Source: Patescibacteria group bacterium (GTDB taxonomy: Bacteria; Patescibacteriota; Patescibacteriia; UBA2591; JABMQE01). From it: 64,000 nucleotides of DNA. Below, piece by piece: positions 59,167 to 64,000 of this stretch. Positions within the stretch are counted from its first letter, which is position 1, and each line of letters begins with the position of its first letter. Below the pieces are notes generated by a model. The model was not told the DNA's origin, made no database searches, and worked only from the letters and a program-made list of their open reading frames with translations. The position numbers and the translations under genes are program-made. The stretch covers positions 1,980 through 65,979 of the forward strand of contig JAHIMF010000041.1 in NCBI GenBank assembly GCA_018896645.1, in the 5' to 3' direction.

Positions 59167-59610
59167 ATGAAAGTAATACTTTTGAAAAATATTGACAATC
59201 TGGGTAAGAAAGGCGAAGTCAAGGAGGTAGCGAACGGCTTTGCTCGTAATTTTTTATTGCCAAAAAAGATGGCTGTTGCGGCATCTCCTGGAAACTTAAA
59301 AATGGCGCGGGAGATGAAGCAAGGTGAAGAGGAAAAAAGAAAAAAAGGAAAAATTAATTTGCGGGAATTAAAGAAAAAGCTGGCTGGCAAAGAAGTCAGA
59401 ATTAGGGCTAAAGCCAGTAAAGAAGGGCATTTATTTGCCGGTATCGGGGCCGACAAGATAAACGAAGTTTTAGCGGATGCGATGGGCGTCAAAATAAAAC
59501 CTTCAATGATAAAATTAAATAAAAAGATTAAGACATTGGGTGAGCATAGGGTAGAGGTTAAGGTGGGGGATGGAAGAGTAGAGGTGAAAGTGAGAGTAGA
59601 GAAGGAGTAA
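59167..59610 (+). CDS. rplI: 50S ribosomal protein L9
   Basis: 147 aa ORF. 'MKVILLKNIDNLGKKGEVKEVANGFARNFLLPKKMAV' is the classic bL9 N-terminus. Confidence 0.85.
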   Translation: MKVILLKNIDNLGKKGEVKEVANGFARNFLLPKKMAVAASPGNLKMAREMKQGEEEKRKKGKINLRELKKKLAGKEVRIRAKASKEGHLFAGIGADKINEVLADAMGVKIKPSMIKLNKKIKTLGEHRVEVKVGDGRVEVKVRVEKE

Positions 59611-59723
59611 ATTTTTATTTATAACCAATAACAAATCCCAGCCAAGGGCAAAGTTGAGCTTAGCTTAGCTCTGCTGGCCACCTTCTGGGTGATAATTTTA
59701 TAACTCATGACTCTTTTTGACCC

Positions 59724-61442
59724 ATGAAATCTAAATTTACCCTGAACCATTCTTCTAGTTCTTCAAATGTACAGATTAAGAGCGATAGGAATAAAAATTT
59801 TTCAAGAAAATTTAAGTTATCTACAAAAGGTACAGGGTTTATTTTTGTAGTTGGAGGAGTGATGTCAGGCATTGGTAAAGGTACCACCACGGCTTCCATT
59901 GGCAAGATTTTGCAAAGCCGCGGTTTTAAAGTTACGGCGGTAAAAATCGATCCCTATATCAATGTTGACGCCGGCACTATGAATCCAATTGAGCATGGTG
60001 AGGTTTTTGTAACTGATGACGGCGATGAGACGGATCAGGATATTGGTAATTATGAACGATTTTTAGACCAAGATATTACCACTGATAATTATATGACCAC
60101 GGGCCGGGTTTATGAAACCGTGATTCATAAAGAAAGAAATTTGGACTATGGCGGTAAGTGCGTAGAAGTAGTGCCCCATATTCCCGAGGAAGTAATCAGG
60201 CGGATTGAAAAAGTAGCTCGTAGGGGCTACGATTTTGTTTTGATAGAGGTTGGCGGGACAGTAGGGGAATATCAGAATATTTTATTTCTTGAGGCGGCTC
60301 GAATGATGAAAATAAAACACCCTGGAGATGTTTTATTTGTTTTAGTCAGTTATTTACCCATCCCCGCTAAAATAGGCGAGATGAAAACCAAACCAACGCA
60401 GTATGCCGCGCGCACTTTAAATTCAGCCGGGATTCAGCCGGATTTTATTATTTGTCGTTCAGAGAAACCTTTGGACAAGCCACGGAAGCAGAAGATATCT
60501 ATTTTTTGTAATATTCAGCCAGAAGATGTTATTAGCGCTCCAGATGCGGATTCTATTTACGAAATTCCGGTTAATTTTGAGAAAGATAAAATTGGCGAGA
60601 GGATTTTGAACAAATTTGGGCTTAAATGCGGTAAAAAGGATTTAAAGGATTATAAAAAATTAAATCAAACAGTAAAAAGAGTCAAACGCCAGGTAACCAT
60701 TGGAATAATTGGCAAGTATTTTGCCACTGGCAAGTTTGTGCTTTCTGATGCATATATTTCGGTGATTGAAGCCGTTAAGCATGCTTGCTGGGGGCACAAA
60801 CGAAAACCAGAAATTTTATGGTTGAACAGCGAGGAGTATGAGCAAGATAAAAAGAAATTAAATGAACTTAAAAAATTAGACGGAATTATTATTCCTGGTG
60901 GTTTTGGCTCCAGGGGGGTGAAAGGTAAAATTTTGGTTATTCAATATGCGCGAAAGAATAACGTTCCTTATTTAGGACTATGCTATGGCATGCAGTTAGC
61001 CACGGTGGAATTTGCGCGCAATGTTTGCGGTATGCGAGGTGCGCATACTACGGAGATTGAGTCAGATACCAAATATCCGGTGATTCACGTGATGCCAGAC
61101 CAGGAAAAGAAACTTTTGGCTCGTGATTATGGCGGGACCATGAGATTGGGCGCCTGGCCATGCGTTTTAAAAAAAGGCACTAAGAGCTCCAAAGCCTACG
61201 GCCAGCGAAAGATAGAAGAACGGCACCGGCATCGGTATGAGTTAAATAATAAATACAGAGAAAGATTAGAGAAAAAAGGTTTGAATATTGCCGGCACTTC
61301 ACCGGATGGCAAGCTGGTAGAAATCATTGAACTGCCTAAACATAAGTTTTTTGTGGGGGTGCAGTTTCATCCGGAGTTTAAAAGCCGGCCATTGCGTCCG
61401 CACCCGTTGTTTCGGGAATTTGTGAAAGCGGCGATTAGCTGA
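59724..61442 (+). CDS. pyrG: CTP synthase with ~35 aa low-complexity N-terminal extension
   Basis: 572 aa ORF. 'FIFVVGGVMSGIGKG' synthetase P-loop-like motif and 'GLCYGMQ' glutamine-amidotransferase catalytic Cys. No in-frame ATG lies between 59724 and the conserved core. Confidence 0.9.
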   Translation: MKSKFTLNHSSSSSNVQIKSDRNKNFSRKFKLSTKGTGFIFVVGGVMSGIGKGTTTASIGKILQSRGFKVTAVKIDPYINVDAGTMNPIEHGEVFVTDDGDETDQDIGNYERFLDQDITTDNYMTTGRVYETVIHKERNLDYGGKCVEVVPHIPEEVIRRIEKVARRGYDFVLIEVGGTVGEYQNILFLEAARMMKIKHPGDVLFVLVSYLPIPAKIGEMKTKPTQYAARTLNSAGIQPDFIICRSEKPLDKPRKQKISIFCNIQPEDVISAPDADSIYEIPVNFEKDKIGERILNKFGLKCGKKDLKDYKKLNQTVKRVKRQVTIGIIGKYFATGKFVLSDAYISVIEAVKHACWGHKRKPEILWLNSEEYEQDKKKLNELKKLDGIIIPGGFGSRGVKGKILVIQYARKNNVPYLGLCYGMQLATVEFARNVCGMRGAHTTEIESDTKYPVIHVMPDQEKKLLARDYGGTMRLGAWPCVLKKGTKSSKAYGQRKIEERHRHRYELNNKYRERLEKKGLNIAGTSPDGKLVEIIELPKHKFFVGVQFHPEFKSRPLRPHPLFREFVKAAIS

Positions 61443-61482
61443 TTAATTTGCTTTTTCTAATTTTATGTGTTATACTTGAACA

Positions 61483-61779
61483 ATGAGCACTAAAGAAATT
61501 CAGGAAAAAATTATTTCAGAACTCCCCGTTTTAAAGGAAAAATACCAGGTTAAAAAGCTGGGTATTTTTGGTTCAAGGGTTCGGGGAGATGATGAGCCGG
61601 GGTGTGACGGCGATACAGACATTATGGTAGAATTTTATTCTCCACCCGGTTTTTTTGATTTTATTAGGTTAGAAAATTTTTTAGCTAAGACCTTAAACAA
61701 GAAAGTTGATTTGGTGACGAAGAAGGCCTTGAAGCCAGCGATTAAAAAAGGGGTTTTAAAAGAAATGGTTTATGTCTAA
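61483..61779 (+). CDS. MNT-type nucleotidyltransferase (antitoxin of HepT/MNT pair)
   Basis: 98 aa ORF. 'LGIFGSRVRGDDEPGCDGDTDIMVEF' is the GS..RG...D.D minimal nucleotidyltransferase motif. Confidence 0.7.
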   Translation: MSTKEIQEKIISELPVLKEKYQVKKLGIFGSRVRGDDEPGCDGDTDIMVEFYSPPGFFDFIRLENFLAKTLNKKVDLVTKKALKPAIKKGVLKEMVYV

Positions 61780-62094
61780 AAGAGAGGCAAAACTTTATTT
61801 TGACGACATAAAAGATTCTATTAGGAAAATAGAAAGATATACAAGTGGTTTATCCCACAATGAGTTTGTAAATGATGCGATGAGGGTTGATGCGGTGGTG
61901 AGGAATTTGTCTGTTATTGGCGACCAGTGGAAATAAAATCTCAACATCCTCTTATTCCTTGGGAGGAAGTTATTGGAATGAGAAACAAAGTTATTCATGA
62001 GTATTTTGGGGTTGATGAAGATATTCTGTGGAAAACGGTCAAAGAGGATTTGCCAGTTTTCAAAGAACAGATTGATGAACTTTTGGATTTTTAA
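61772..62094 (+). pseudogene. HepT-like (DUF86) toxin gene disrupted by a frameshift
   Basis: Frame 1 from the ATG at 61772 gives 'MSKREAKLYFDDIKDSIRKIERYTSGLSHNEFVNDAMRVDAVVRNLSVIGDQWK*', stopping at 61934-61936. A different frame from ~61924 continues 'PVEIKSQHPLIPWEEVIGMRNKVIHEYFGVDEDILWKTVKEDLPVFKEQIDELLDF*', which is the conserved HepT C-terminal half. The start overlaps the MNT gene by 8 nt. Confidence 0.55.
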
Positions 62095-62152
62095 ATTATT
62101 GCGGCGATTAAATAGTCATAATTCACAAGGCATGTAACAGGAGGGATGAGGG

Positions 62153-62296
62153 ATGGATAATCAGGGGTTTTGGTTTGCGCTGTTTGTTTTTGTGGTTGTA
62201 ATTGCTGGTTTATGGTATTCTGCTACGTTTAGCAGGAAGGTACTTAGTGATTTATGGCATGCTTTAATTGGGATGCCGGAGGAGGATGAGGATTAA
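62153..62296 (+). CDS. candidate small membrane protein (47 aa)
   Basis: ATG preceded by AGGAGGGATGAGGG. Encodes 'MDNQGFWFALFVFVVVIAGLWYSATFSRKVLSDLWHALIGMPEEDED' with one TM helix. Followed by a hairpin plus T7 at ~62313-62350. Confidence 0.25.
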   Translation: MDNQGFWFALFVFVVVIAGLWYSATFSRKVLSDLWHALIGMPEEDED

Positions 62297-62312
62297 TATC
62301 AGGAAATAAAAC

Positions 62313-62350
62313 AAATCCGCCGCTCAAGAGTAGAGAGTGACGGATTTTTT
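62313..62350 (+). terminator. candidate rho-independent terminator after the small ORF
   Basis: AAATCCGCCGCTCAAGAGTAGAGAGTGACGGATTTTTTT: an imperfect stem followed by T7. Confidence 0.35.
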
Positions 62351-62357
62351 TATGTAA

Positions 62358-62393
62358 CACTCCTACATTCCGATATATCGGAATGTAGGAGTG
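62358..62393. repeat. perfect 36-bp palindrome CACTCCTACATTCCGATAT|ATCGGAATGTAGGAGTG
   Basis: Checked base by base. It is not followed by a U-tract on either strand, so a protein-binding site or recombination site is more likely than a terminator. Confidence 0.6.
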
Positions 62394-62416
62394 AACTAAA
62401 TTGGGTAATGATATAA

Positions 62417-62457
62417 GAAAAAAAAACCACAAGCGGGTGCTCGTGGCTTTATTATTT
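62417..62457 (-). terminator. rho-independent terminator of the minus-strand Cys-rich gene
   Basis: Minus-strand RNA reads CCACGAGCACCCGCUUGUGG (8-bp stem with one G-U pair) followed by U9. Confidence 0.55.
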
Positions 62458-62471
62458 GTGCAGGAACGGCG

Positions 62472-62834
62472 CTATTCAGGGATCGCTTCCAGGCACCTTT
62501 GGGCATCAGCTTGTTGTTCTGTCGCTTTTTTCCTCCAGGAATAAATGGCGCCTCTCAAGTAGAAACTCCTCCACCTCCTATCTAAAGGGTCTTGTTGGAA
62601 ACGATAAAGCAGGTATTCCAGAAGACCAGCGTCATGAGCGTCAGCCCATTCCATCAGCCCTCCAAAAAGAGGCCCAAAACAGCATTCAGCTATTTGTCTT
62701 TTATTGTCATCATGCGTGAAGCTTACATCAGCTCCTTCTGGATGAGTTATGCCGCAATTCTCACAACTTATTCCTATGTCAGAACCAGCAGTTCCGTATA
62801 CACAGTGGACAAAGTGTTCAAGTTCACTCATCAT
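62472..62834 (-). CDS. Cys/His-rich hypothetical protein (possible zinc-binding) in a GC-rich islet
   Basis: Start chosen at MMSELEH, with an AAGGAG RBS 7 nt upstream. 'HCVYGTAGSDIGISCENCGITHPEG' and 'AECCFGPLFGG'. Local GC is ~48-50%. Confidence 0.4.
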   Translation of the reverse strand: MMSELEHFVHCVYGTAGSDIGISCENCGITHPEGADVSFTHDDNKRQIAECCFGPLFGGLMEWADAHDAGLLEYLLYRFQQDPLDRRWRSFYLRGAIYSWRKKATEQQADAQRCLEAIPE

Positions 62835-62865
62835 GACTTTCTCCTTTTTATTTTTGTAGTTGAAT

Positions 62866-63147
62866 TTATTTCTCCGGCACAATATTGACAAAATTTGTCA
62901 ACCTTAATTCGCCAGTAAATTTTTTTACCTTCTTTTTTACAAATTTAACAATACCAGGAGCTGTGGCGAAAAGAGTGTCGTCATTGCCGCGTTTGACATT
63001 TTCGCCGGCGTGATATTTAGTTCCCCGTTGGCGGATTATAATAGCGCCGGCTTTGGCAAGTTGTCCGCCGTATAATTTTACGCCCAATCTTTGTGATTGT
63101 GAGTCGCGGCCAAGGGCTGTTGAGCCGCCCGCTTTTTTATGCGCCAT
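62866..63147 (-). CDS. rpmA: 50S ribosomal protein L27
   Basis: 93 aa ORF. '[29 protein letters not shown]...[16 protein letters not shown]' is the classic bL27. Confidence 0.9.
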   Translation of the reverse strand: MAHKKAGGSTALGRDSQSQRLGVKLYGGQLAKAGAIIIRQRGTKYHAGENVKRGNDDTLFATAPGIVKFVKKKVKKFTGELRLTNFVNIVPEK

Positions 63148-63385
63148 ACTTTGTTATTTATTATTTATTATTTATCTATTTATTATTCAATAATGTCATT
63201 GCGAGCGACTGTAGGACTTGATAAATAAGAGTAATCTTTGTGATAGTCAAATTTAGGTAGACAGCAAGTCCAAAAAAGAGCGAAGCAATCCCGATGCTAT
63301 CCTGTAGACATAATTCCTGCTTGTTTTTAGAATATCATGCGAAGTGCAGCTTGTCAAGAGAGGGTTTTGAGGGTAAGATTGAAGT

Positions 63386-64000
63386 ATGCGATATTTACTT
63401 ATATTATTTATAATTTTAAGTTTTGCTGGTTGTAAAAAACAGGTGGCTGATTTTAATGATTCGTTTAATGTGATAGAGAAAAATTTGGCTTTGGTGAATA
63501 AATATAACAAAGTTAAGGAAGAGATTGGGGCTATTCGTGAAAAAATAGAAGACTATAATAAAGAACTGCTTGAGGAAGGGGATATGGAAATTGAGGAATC
63601 TATACCTCAAGCGACTTCAACTCCGGCTCCAGCGGAAGAACTTATCATTCCTGATACTTTTGATTTGCCAGTTAAATTTGCGCCCCAATCGCCGTTTGCG
63701 GTTTGGGACGATTTGCATAATGAAGCTTGTGAAGAAGCGGCCATGATTATCGCGGAAAAATATTTAAAAAATGAGAATTTAGATAAGCAGATTATGGAAG
63801 ATGAGATTCAAGAGTTGATAAAATGGGAGGAGGAGCAGGGTTATACGATTGATGTAACAGCGGCTGAAACCGTTGAGATTCTAGAAGATTATTTTGGGCT
63901 TAAAGCCGAGGTTACAAACGAGGTTACGGTTGAGCGGATTAAGCAAGAATTAGTTTTGGGTAAGATAGTTATTACACCCCACGCGGGTCGCCAATTAGGC
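63386..64000 (+). CDS. putative lipoprotein (partial; runs off the window end)
   Basis: Begins ATG at 63386, 'MRYLLILFIILSFAGCKKQ', with a lipobox SFAG-C. Open to the end of the window. Confidence 0.45.
   Translation, partial: MRYLLILFIILSFAGCKKQVADFNDSFNVIEKNLALVNKYNKVKEEIGAIREKIEDYNKELLEEGDMEIEESIPQATSTPAPAEELIIPDTFDLPVKFAPQSPFAVWDDLHNEACEEAAMIIAEKYLKNENLDKQIMEDEIQELIKWEEEQGYTIDVTAAETVEILEDYFGLKAEVTNEVTVERIKQELVLGKIVITPHAGRQLG

Noticed and set aside
62244-62432. 62-aa minus-strand ORF (MWFFFLISLPNLVHSYIPIY...)
   Set aside because: It spans the 36-bp palindrome and the terminator hairpins. Its translation is dictated by those structural elements and is unlikely to be a real gene.

Overview
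AT-rich (~33-35% GC) bacterial contig, most likely from an uncultivated small-genome bacterium; a Patescibacteria/CPR-like origin is a low-confidence guess based on the intein, the many miniature hairpin repeats and the gene content. Roughly 1-49 kb is one very large cell-surface glycan biosynthesis supercluster. It contains GT2/GT4/GT-C-like glycosyltransferases, a polyprenyl-phosphate sugar transferase, a flippase-like protein, a GtrA-like protein, an O-antigen-ligase-like TPR protein, polysaccharide deacetylases and SAM methyltransferases. It also carries a WecE-like aminotransferase with a WecD-like N-acetyltransferase, a UDP-xylose-synthase-like decarboxylase and a dTDP-rhamnose gene set. 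Unusual content inside the cluster: five paralogous B12-binding radical SAM enzymes, a CotH-CotH-VTC-DUF4956 module, an rfbB (dTDP-glucose 4,6-dehydratase) interrupted by a LAGLIDADG intein, and a eukaryote/giant-virus-type NRS/ER 3,5-epimerase/4-reductase. The 3' third holds housekeeping genes (murA, a C-terminal processing protease, rplI, pyrG, an MNT/HepT pair with a frameshifted HepT, rpmA). Three GC-rich islets (~45-50% GC) break this region; one encodes a T9SS C-terminal-sorting-domain protein with no signal peptide. At least three families of miniature inverted-repeat elements and several recurring palindromic motifs are scattered between genes, and one repeat is inserted in-frame inside a CDS. 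No rRNA, tRNA or CRISPR array was recognised.
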